A DNA stretch of 64,000 nt from Octopus vulgaris (taxonomy: Eukaryota): NCBI GenBank assembly GCA_951406725.2, contig OX597830.1:3534001-3598000 (forward strand). Direction: 5' to 3'. Each line of letters starts with the position of its first letter. Position 1 is the first letter of the stretch. The notes beneath the pieces were generated by a model, which saw only the letters and a list, made by a program, of their open reading frames with translations, searched no databases and was not told the DNA's origin. This document shows, piece after piece, positions 53,682-64,000 of this stretch. A program made the position numbers and the translations under genes.

Positions 53682-54354
53682 CTTCAATGCCATACCAGCA
53701 TGGATAAATGGATATACAAATGATGATGATGACAAGGACGTTTGTTGTAAAAATGATATCAGTGATGACAGTGATGATTACTTCAACATCAATGACGACA
53801 ACAACTAAAATAATGATGATGATGATGATGATATGTTTAGCTATTTAAGTTTCATGGGAAAATTTTGACATCATTTATTTCAATACAATATTACTTTGAA
53901 AGGTTTCAAAAAAATTATTCCTTTTGATACGAAAGCAAAGGTATATTTCAAGCAAGACAAATGTGATGTAGTGAACACTTGACATTTTAATTATTTCATC
54001 GTTACTGTGAGGGTTTAAATAAATTGATTCCATTAGGTGGCTCCATTTATCTACTGAGTATCAAAGTCCTATTAACTGTGGTGCATTACGCACATGCTAT
54101 GTGTACATGTGATATATGAGTATGTGTGTGTATGTGTATACTTGCATATGCATGTATATATGTATCTATCTTTACATATGTGTATGCATATGTATGCATA
54201 TCACAGATGCACACACTCACACACATGTGCATACTTGTGTAAAAATCAGTACATAAGAATACTTCTGTATATTTACAGGTGTAAATATATGATTAAGATG
54301 TTGCATAAGTATATGTTTATCTATCAATCTGGCAATGTGTGTATGTGTATGTGA

Positions 54355-54360
54355 ATATGA

Positions 54361-54415
<55 letters not shown>

Positions 54416-54562
54416 GATAGATAGATAGATAGATAGATTCATGTGTGTGTATACGTGCATATTCATATATTTACATATATGGTTTATCTACATTTATTTA
54501 GGTATGCAAATTATAAAAGAATGTATGCATACATAAGTGCGTACATATATTCAAATATGTAT

Positions 54563-54651
<89 letters not shown>

Positions 54652-54706
54652 CGTTTTTTGTTTTTCTTGTTTCAGCTCAGAGTTGCGACCTTGATGATGC
54701 ACCACC

Positions 54707-54796
<90 letters not shown>

Positions 54797-54845
54797 TACA
54801 TACACACAAACATCTGTTTGTGTGTGTAAATATATATATATTCAA
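54355..54845. repeat. (TA)n/(TAGA)n microsatellite cluster containing an isolated LINE 3' tail (54650-54707, minus)
   Basis: cttgtttcagctcagagttgcgacc..gcaccacc resembles the CR1 tail at 19345-19386. Confidence 0.8.
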
Positions 54846-57146
54846 TATACACACAAACTCATTCATTTACAGATCTCTGCCTTAGACGAAGGCAAGTCCA
54901 TATATAAAAGAATATAACAAGATATTTTGTTAATATCCTTCCTTTTGACACATACGGTTAAAACTATAGTTTTGTCAACACTTTCTTTCTACACTTTATG
55001 ATTAAAATACAAATTGAACATGGCATCAAGCAGATACCTTCTTTACAAAATGCTGAAGATTTCATAATTCTGAGAATGTCAAATATCTTTCATTTCCATA
55101 TAGATTTATTTTTAATGAATTTTCAAATAATTCCCCTTTTTTTGTTATATTTTTTCAGTTTTATTTTATGAACTTTTTTTTTACTTTGAATGGAGATCAT
55201 ACCATATAAGTAATCTTTATATTCTTTATGTTCATGGTTTATAGAAAGTGATAAGGATAATATCGTAAAGTATTTGGACATTTTCATTTCTATTATTTTT
55301 CTTTACACTTTCCTTGTTGTTATGATGAAATCCTTTTTTTTACTTCTTAATGCAATTCAAACAAATAAAACTCAGTGAATATCATCATCAACACATTAGG
55401 TTTCATCCTTATTTTCATCATCATCATTGCCATGGATGACATGATCCCTACCACCACCATCATCATTATCATCCCTTTTGCTTTTCCATGCTGGTTAGCT
55501 CAGTTGTCAAGACCCAAGTCAACTGGCAACTACATTGGATATTAAAACATATTTATTTGCAATTCACAAGCTGTATCGGTATATGTTTTGGTGACAGTAT
55601 ATTCTTTTTTCATTCATACTCATTACTAAAAGTATTGTGAATTTCTCTACTTTTGAGTTTCCAGATTTACTGAGTCAAAGATGTTTCTTCTCTAGAGCTA
55701 AAACAATGCATGTGATGTTTATATTAACTTTGAAAACTTAGTACTTTTAAACAAAGTTCTCAGTAATATTTGTTCTGCACTGAGTTACACAGATAACTTC
55801 CTTGACCCTTTTATAGCTGGAAATATAGAGACCCTGTCACTGGCCAGTAATTGATATTACTGCAATTCTTCAGCTGAATATAAATAATAGAAATAAATTA
55901 TCTCAATGGTAAAGATGTATCTCTTCTAAGTGTGATACAGTTTCTGTGTTTGTTCTCTTTGGAAGAGCTAAAATTTCTAGGTGTGATATAATCCTTCCAT
56001 ATTGGTCTCTTGTTGTAGAAATTTTACCTCATATCAGCCTTAATTGTGCAAACATATGATAAAAAGGTGTTTCAAATGTGATTTTGTATTTGTAACATAA
56101 CATATACTGGTTTACATGGCACAATGTTTCTTTACATTTATTTTAGAATTGTAGGGTGAGACTTGAAAGAGATTTAGTTGCTATTTCTATCAGGTTGATA
56201 AACCAGTTTGAGATTCCCTCATTTGTTCTCTTTAGATGTATTGAGACATATAGTTTTAGATCAATTATTTGATATCACAATTTGCAAACAAGTTTGGTAC
56301 AGTTCTGAGTCTGATGTCTTTCATGCACAGACTTTGGTCAATTCATTGCATTTGTAAGTCACTTGTATTGTTAATGATTAATTTTTTTTTTCCATTGGGA
56401 ATTGTAAAACCATTATCCAATAGGTCTTGGAAATCTTGATGACAATAGCGAAGAAAGATACGCTCCATTGTTCGACATATAATTGTTCTACAGTAACATA
56501 TTCACCAGTTTTCTTTGAATCATTTATATTGCAGCTGAAGTCATTCAGATTTAAGTGCCATTTGCTCTCCAATATTTGTAGTTGAAGAGTTAATCTTTCA
56601 TATACATTACATAATTTTCGTACTTTTTTTCTTTGATTTATCGAAATATTTCTCCCAATATGTAAAAACGTGATTGGAAATGTTATTTCAATAATTTGTA
56701 TCATAAAAATCAGCTTTTACTGAAAATAATGTCATAAAGTTGATCCAGGAAAATAACGAGAAAACGTTTTTGTTTTATTTTTCATTCTCAGATACAATTT
56801 AAAGATCATACACACAGGCACTGCTTCTCCTTACCATTCATGTTGCATATGTTTAACGTTTCCACCTACCACAAACCTCCACACTCCCTGATTCGTAAGC
56901 TACTTTCAATCATATTCTTTCAGCTTTCATTACTAAAATTACCGTTGGGTATATGTGAGCTAAAATACACAGAATTCTCTCTTCTCTTCCTTAACAAAGA
57001 GTCTGAGACTGAATCTTCAAGCTTTTTCTCTTTTCTCATGACAATTATATCATTTTTAACAGCCACACTACTTGGATTATTTATTGTTCACATGTACCAT
57101 CACCGATTCCATCCAATTCAAAATTTCACCACCTACTTAATCATAT

Positions 57147-57200
57147 TTCATCATCATCATCATCATCATCATTACCACCACCATTATCATCATCACCACC

Positions 57201-57246
<46 letters not shown>

Positions 57247-57284
57247 CCATCGTCACCGCCACCACCATTATCATCATCATCACC

Positions 57285-57316
<32 letters not shown>

Positions 57317-57348
57317 TATCCCCACCATCATCATCATCATCGTCATCG

Positions 57349-57381
<33 letters not shown>

Positions 57382-57403
57382 GTATTATTATCATTATTAT
57401 TAC

Positions 57404-57459
<56 letters not shown>

Positions 57460-57460
57460 T
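57147..57460. repeat. (CAT)/(CAC)/(TAT) compound microsatellite
   Basis: Directly visible; it is the source of the poly-His/poly-Tyr ORF. Confidence 0.95.
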
Positions 57461-57760
57461 AACTCAGATTTTGTTGGAACTCTTGGAGTTTTGCATGAGT
57501 AGTGACTTTACTACCTGGAATCTACGGTACCATGCTACGTGTTCTTTCCAACTATCTGGTACTTTCCTGATTTTTCTGACCATGCCAAGGAAGCAAATCT
57601 TTTGTAACAGCTCTACTAGGCTTTCTGTTTTGATTTCCTTTACTTTCCTCTTGGTGCCTTCTGATACAGTCCCTCAAAGACCCGACAACAATTGGGGTCT
57701 TCATTTTCTATAGCTAGGCTATTTTACACTTCAGAGGATCGTATATATCTATTTAATTAT
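57460..57760 (-). mobile_element. Dong/R4-type 3' fragment ending in (TAA)n
   Basis: PIVVGSL..LVELLQKICFLGMVRKIRKV. Confidence 0.65.
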
Positions 57761-58099
57761 CATTATTGTTGTTGTTATTATTTCAAGGGAAGAGCTAAGT
57801 TGTGGGCCAGACATTGGATCATGATTATTAGAGACTGAATGCCCGTCAGTCAAGTAGCTTTTCTCTGTATGTAATCCAGGACACCTATATGTGAGTAGCA
57901 GCAGCAACAGCAGCATCTCAGGTGTAGGAGTAGAACTCCAATTTGTGTCTCACTGGATCCTTGTGGAGCCAAAAATATTTTATGCCCAGATGAGAAAGGT
58001 CAGTCTGTGGGGTGCATGTCTAGATATGCTAAGGATGTGCAAGAGAACTCTTCACTGATAGTGAGGTCCAGTATTTGGTTCAACCATAAGGATTATTAA

Positions 58100-58730
58100 A
58101 AAAGCAATTACAATCAGAATGGAAGAAAATCTCAATTTAGGTTGTCTTCTGTAGCTTAGTATATGGAACAAAGAAATACTTGTATGACCATAAAAACATT
58201 GGAAACCATGTAAACCTGTGGCTGTTCATCAGTTTTATATTGTTAACGGTCAGGTGGTTAAAGCAGAGCTGCCAAGAGGTGACATTAGTCAGGAACATCA
58301 AAATGGAAATGAAAGGCCTAATGACCCTTCTAGAGGCCTCAAAATGCTACCAGAAATGTGCTCAATTGAAGGTGTTGAAAAAGAGCAAAAAGCTTAGTTG
58401 TTATATTTATCATAATACGAGCTATTTCAAAGCTAAATGCCTGGAAGAATTGGAAAGTCTAAACAAGAAAATGGTAATGGAAACTGGCTAAAGCAGAAAA
58501 AAGAATAAGAAGTCCCAGTTTTCCAAAGTGTCATCAGTCAAAGCTTTAGAAACAACAAACAGAGGAAGTCACCTCATTCTCTGTTCTGGAAGTAAATGCA
58601 AAACCACTTGTCCTCAAGCAGTAGCTACCAATAGTGCCTGTCCATCATTATGTATTGAGGAAGAGCTGATGTCTGTGGAGAACAAAATTCAAACTGTTCG
58701 ACAAAAGGCAAAGGAACCCCCTCCATACAC
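58100..58730 (+). mobile_element. Degenerate RTE-like LINE 5' coding fragment
   Basis: LSIWN and VRWLKQS resemble the APE N-terminal motifs WNV..L and E.RW. Confidence 0.35.
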
Positions 58731-59494
58731 ACACACACAGAGCAAAGAAAATTCAATTGAGAACAATTAAAATTGATGAGGTCCTCCTCATCTATTTTGT
58801 GCAAAATAACAATGATGTCCTTCCTCGGAGTAATAAGCCTTTCTGCTATTGTCACAAAGCCTGAAATTTTGTGGAACGAGGACAAAAAATTACGCTGACC
58901 TCTAGTGGTCAAATGGTACTTATTTCATCAAGGCTGAAAGGATGACAAAGCTAAGTCGACTTCAGTGGAATTTGAACTCTGAACACAAAGACAGGTGAAA
59001 TGCAACTAGTATTTTGCCCTTTCAGCTTGCTACCTTCCTCTTCAGAATAATAATGAAGAGGAACTGAGATTCTCCATTTTTCCGAAATCAAACCAACAAC
59101 CAATAGGTAGAATCACATACCTGTGGTGCTGTATTCTGATGAGGCAAAAACAACAGAGACACATTTAGGTTTGGAATTTGAGAAATGGTGCTAAAATGGA
59201 ATGTTCCTAAACTCAAAGCAAATGCCCAATAAAGATTTGAAACAGTTCTTCCCCAAAGACATGGGTGTTTATGTAATCCATTCAACTCAAAAACATGTTG
59301 ATGGGTACTCTTGCGTACACAAGAAAATAATACAAGCCAAGGCAAGTGAGTAGAGATATGAGGTACTCTAGCCCAACCCAACCAGTACCTTTTTTCAACG
59401 TTTTAAATCCTTTTAATTATATTATTCTAATTATTGTAGGTTTTCTTTACGTTTCTCAGTCTAAATATTTGTGCCTTATTATTTTAATTCATGC

Positions 59495-59674
59495 CAAGGG
59501 AAATGCTTAGGGGTATTTCATCTGTCTTTACATTCTGAGTTCAAATTCCACTGAAGTCAACATTACCTTTCATCCATTTGGGGGCGATGAATTAAGTACC
59601 AGTTGCATACTGGAGTCGATGTGATCAACTGCCCCCTCCCCTATATTTCAGGCCTTGTGCCTAGAGTAGAAAGA
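59495..59674 (+). mobile_element. 5'-truncated Meta-type SINE with 17-bp TSD
   Basis: TSD attattttaattcatgc at 59478-59494 and 59675-59691. Confidence 0.85.
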
Positions 59675-59809
59675 ATTATTTTAATTCATGCATATACATA
59701 CATTTACACACACACACATCATTTACTCTTTGATGAGATTATGTATTTGTGGTTTTCTGTGTTTCTTCAGCCCTTGTAGCTATTAATGAAAACATTATTA
59801 TTATTACTA

Positions 59810-60045
59810 TTTCCATTTCGCTTCTCAGAGCTCTTCATTTCCCTTGCTTTGGCTAATTCAGTAAGAGTAGACAGCAACTTGTTGTCAAAAGTCTCACAGG
59901 GTCTCTTTCCACAATACTTAACATTCAATTACCAGTCTCTCTTGTCCCCAATAAAGCAATTTTCTGAGCATGTTCTATCCTCATATCAATCCCAATTTCT
60001 CAACCAAATTTCTCAAACTTGGTTCTTAATGCTCCCAGTGCCCCT
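59810..60045 (-). mobile_element. Dong/R4-type 3' fragment
   Basis: GALGALRTKFEK..IGIDMRIEHAQKIALLGT. Confidence 0.65.
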
Positions 60046-60074
60046 TCATCCTCATCATCATCCTCATCATTATT

Positions 60075-60292
60075 AAAGTGGCAGGTTGGAAGAATGGTTA
60101 GCATGCTGAACAAAACGCTTGCCAGCATTTTGTCTGTCTTTACATTCTGACTTGAAAAACCACCAAGGTTGACTTTGCCTTTCTTCCTCTTGAGGTCAAT
60201 AAAATAAGTACTAGTTGAGTGCTGGGGGGTCGATGTCATCAACTTACCCTCTCCCACTAAATTGCTAGCCTTGTACCAAAATTTGAAAACAT
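60075..60292 (+). mobile_element. Meta-type SINE with (ATT)n tail
   Basis: Core gttgactttgcctttcttcctcttgaggtcaataaaataagtac. Confidence 0.75.
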
Positions 60293-60294
60293 TA

Positions 60295-60360
<66 letters not shown>

Positions 60361-60361
<1 letters not shown>

Positions 60362-63300
60362 TTCATATATGCTCAACAGATTAGACTGTTGGAAAATAAA
60401 AATTCCTAAGATCAATTCCTAAGGTAACCTTAGATACCAAGAACCCTCCTAAGTATCCTAGCTGTCCCTAATAACAAAGTCTTCTGGGGTTGTACTAAAC
60501 TTGGGTTTTATGCACTTTCCTCTATCCATTTGTTTAAACCTTTAGGGTTAATTCCTAATGCACCTATACATTACTGGAATGCATTTTACCCACATTTTCC
60601 ACAGTCTCTGTAATTCAATTGCTAGGTCCTGGAACTTTGCTATTTTCTTTATACCCCTCATAGCGATTTTTTCATCATTTGGAACTGTAAAGTCACTTCT
60701 CTGGCACTTTCTATTCTCTTTATCTACTTGGTTTTATGCCTATTTCCTCTGTCCATCTGTCCAAAGGTTTAGGGATAGTTCCCAATTGAACTATACTGGG
60801 ATACATTTTACCCACACTTTCCATAGTCTCTGTAATTCAATGGCTAGGGCCTGGTACTTTCTATTTTTTTTTGGTACCTCTTTTTTTGTACTCATATTGC
60901 TTTTTTTTTTCATTATTTGAGACTGTAAAGACCATTATCTGGCACTTTCTATTCTCTTTATCTACTACTACTACTACCAAATCAGGCCTTCTAGCTTCTA
61001 TTACTCCGTCAGTCCAAATGTTAAAATCACACATCATCTTGTATTTCTTACTTTCTAGTACTTTACTAGGTTCATGTCCATATCATTTATCAGTGTGTTC
61101 AAATCCTAGCTTTCTACATAACTCCCAGTGGATTACTCTCCCTAGGTTGTCATGTCTTTTCATGTATTCTTTCTGTGTCAGAATGCTACATTCACTTACT
61201 ACATGAGTAACACTTTCTTCTTTTGATTGCATAACCCACATTGGGAATCTATTTGCTTTTTGTCTATTTGGGCTTTTATCCAATTAGTCATTAATGCTTT
61301 ATCTTGTGCTGCTATTAACACACTTTCTGTCTCCCTCTTCAGCTTTCCTTTCTGCAGCCATAACCATGTCTCATTACTACTATTTGCTGAAAATATCTCT
61401 GGAAATCTGCCATGCAATGCCTTCTCCTGCCAGTCAGATGATTTCTGTTCTTTTTTCCGGTTTTTAAGTTTGTTTCGTGTTTTGGTTTCCCTATGTCTTG
61501 CTGTGACTCTAGCAGCTTTTAATAAACTTTCTTCACTATTATATACACAGGAGTCTATATCTACTCTAGCTAAATCCACACAGTCTTCTACCAATATTAA
61601 CCCACTTTTGCCTTCCTTTCTAGGTAAGTATAATCTTGCTACTCCTGCCCTTGGATGGAGTCTTCCATTCATATTGAATTCCTTCCTAATTCTTCTGCTT
61701 AGCTTTGCCAATTCAGTTTTCGTCCAATCTACAAAACTTCTGAGTCTCCAAGTAATGATTCTGCCCAAGTATTTACAGCCTTCACTAGATTCGCACCATT
61801 TAGCTCTGACTTCATTAGCTTCCTCACCCTTCTGATGTATTCCTTCTCTATTTTTGTTTTCATTTCTGTAGCTAGTACTTTGTCAGATTCTAATACTCTT
61901 AGATACTTATAACTCTCTCCTCCTTTCAATGATTTTAATGTCTGGCCATTTGGTAATTGGATGCCTTTGCTGTTGACTACCTGTCCCCTTCTCATGACTA
62001 ATATTACACACTTACCTATACCAAATGCCATGCCTATATCTTTGCTGAAGAGTCTTGCAGTCTGTATTAAGGGACCTGTCTCTTTTTCATTCTTACTAAA
62101 ACGCTTCAGAACATCCATGTAGAGCAAATGGTTAATGTTTCCCTTACTATTTCTGAACTGATTCCCTGCCCTTGCTTTCCTTTCTACTAAACTGAATAGG
62201 GTCAAACATAAGACAAATATTAAAGGGGACAACGATTCCACCTTGAAAATACCTCTATTAATATTAACTTTCCATAAAAGTGTGTCACCTGAGCATAGAT
62301 CTACTTTAAATTTCTTCATACTAAAGCTAATTAATTCTCTTATATGTTATCTGCTATACTGAATATACCCAAACATTCATTTATCCAGGAGTGGGATCCT
62401 GTCATAGGCTTTCCTATAATCTATCCATGCTATTGTTAGATTTTTCTTTCTAGCTTTTACTTCATTTAGAATTGCTTTGTCTACGTATAACAGATCATGC
62501 GTTCCTCTAACCTTCTTCCTGCAGCCTTTCTGTTCTCCTTGTTGTCAAGGTGCTCGTCAACGCTTTCTGAAAGCATTCCTGTTAACAGTTTCCATACTAA
62601 TAGTAAGCAAGTGGTTGGTCTATAGTCACTACCTGTATTACCCTTGCTCTTATCTTTCATAAGGAGTATTGTTCTCTTTCTAGTCATCCAATCTGGTATT
62701 ATTACTCCATTATGGCAATCCTGAAGTTGTTCTCTCAGCCTCATATGTAGACTACTGAATTTCTTTAGCCAGTGCTCTTGAACTAACTCTGGTTCTGGGC
62801 TCTTCCAGATATAGCATTTTTCCTAACACTTTAGTCATTAATGCACTAGTTAGTCTTAGATCTGGCTGCTTCTCACTCGCTACTGCTACCCTCACTTTCT
62901 TTAACTATACTGCATCTCCATTATGATTGACTGGCTTATCCCAAATATTACTCCAGAACTTTCTTACTTCTCCTGCATTATGTTTCTTATCTTCAGTATT
63001 TCATTCTCCACTATTTATTTCGTTATGAAATCTCTGGTCTCTCTCAAATAATCTATTCTGTTGATTCTGATCTATTCTTTTCTGATATCTGGAAAGCTTA
63101 CCTGCTACTACTATGCTACGCTGTTTCAACTCTTCTATTACTGGTCCTAAATCTTTTCTCTTTGACTAAGTATCTTTTCTTGAAGGAAGATTTGCCTCTT
63201 GTGTTTCCTAACTTGTTCAGTTTCCAGGTTTCTATTCTACTCGGATCTTGTCTTAAAGTCTTCATTTTATTTTGTAATCTCTTTTTCCACAGTTGCTCTT

Positions 63301-64000
63301 TTGTAATCTTTCCTTGTGGAATATCTAATCTTCTGGTGACCCCTCCTGCATAGATCTATAAGTTAGTGTCTCCTATATTTTAAGTATCTATCCTACTAAT
63401 AACCAAATCTACTTTCCTTGTCATTTCTTACAGCATCCTTCTGTTGGTACCTTTTAATGCTGGCAATCTTTTTGTTATTTCTTTAGTCATTTATTTCCTG
63501 CAACTCATTTAAAATCTTTTAATCTTCCTCACCTAAATGACTTAAATCGCTGGGGCCACTTGTCCCTTCCTTTGTGGTTGTGCTATTATCATTGTTTCTT
63601 TAGCTTCTTCTTTAGTTTGAGCTGTATTTCTTATGTTCTTGCTCGTCTTTCCCACTGCCTGGTCTTTCTTTTCCAGTTCTCTTGTGACCCCTTCTCCCCT
63701 CCAGTTCTGTCACCCACTTCCTTCTCCAAATAGCATTAGCTTGATTGACTAATCTCTGCTCAGTCCCTTTAAACATACCCTTCCCTACCCAAAGCGTTAA
63801 CATCCATTTCCTATAGCCCCTCCTCTTAGGTTCACTTTCTAACTAGCACTGCATCACTATTCTGCTTCTTCACTGGTTCGCTTCTTCCTCCGTACTCAAT
63901 TATCTGCTTTTGCTGCTGCATTAGGATGACAGCTGTGGTCAGTCTGCATCTTTACCGAACCACTGCCAAGTGAGAGACCTTCCCTTAAATGTCAGGTTTG
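60361..64000 (-). mobile_element. Near full-length R4/Dong-type non-LTR retrotransposon (RT + CCHC + RLE), degenerate; may extend beyond the window
   Basis: [31 protein letters not shown] (GIFQGDSLSP), HLLYMDV (YMDD), YKYL, RLYLPRKEG, WQEKALHG, LIAAQD, CGLC..ESVTHVVSEC, RHDNLG. The 3' end abuts (TAA)n at 60290-60360. Confidence 0.92.

Noticed and set aside
56840-57502. 220-aa poly-His/poly-Tyr ORF
   Set aside because: It is stop-free read-through of (CAT)/(CAC)/(TAT) microsatellites, and the flanking residues show no domain motif.
63890-64000. Possible HDV-like ribozyme at the 5' end of the R4/Dong element
   Set aside because: I could not build the P1/P2 pairings, and the window edge truncates the region.

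Overview
This is eukaryotic, AT-rich, repeat-saturated DNA, most likely from an octopus/coleoid cephalopod; that is an inference from recognising the SINE families, not a search result. I found no convincing host protein-coding exon, and almost all supplied ORFs are microsatellite read-through or transposon relics. Contents: a full-length inactivated irritans-type mariner (3033-4333); other Tc1/mariner and DD37D relics; a ~2.7 kb CR1-group LINE; many R4/Dong-type (RLE) LINE pieces, most beside (TAA)n, including a ~3.6 kb copy at the right edge; RTE fragments; and several tRNA-derived SINE families. The most interesting non-obvious signal is an essentially intact type I hammerhead ribozyme at 19182-19272. 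At least four decayed hammerhead motifs and five fold-back palindromes also occur, mostly beside (TA)n/(TAA)n tracts, consistent with small Penelope-like (pLTR) ribozyme-bearing retroelements. Also notable: a LINE-SINE shared 3' tail with a compensatorily conserved hairpin, and a strong strand bias of (ATT)n tracts and Dong pieces. Boundaries of old relics are approximate.
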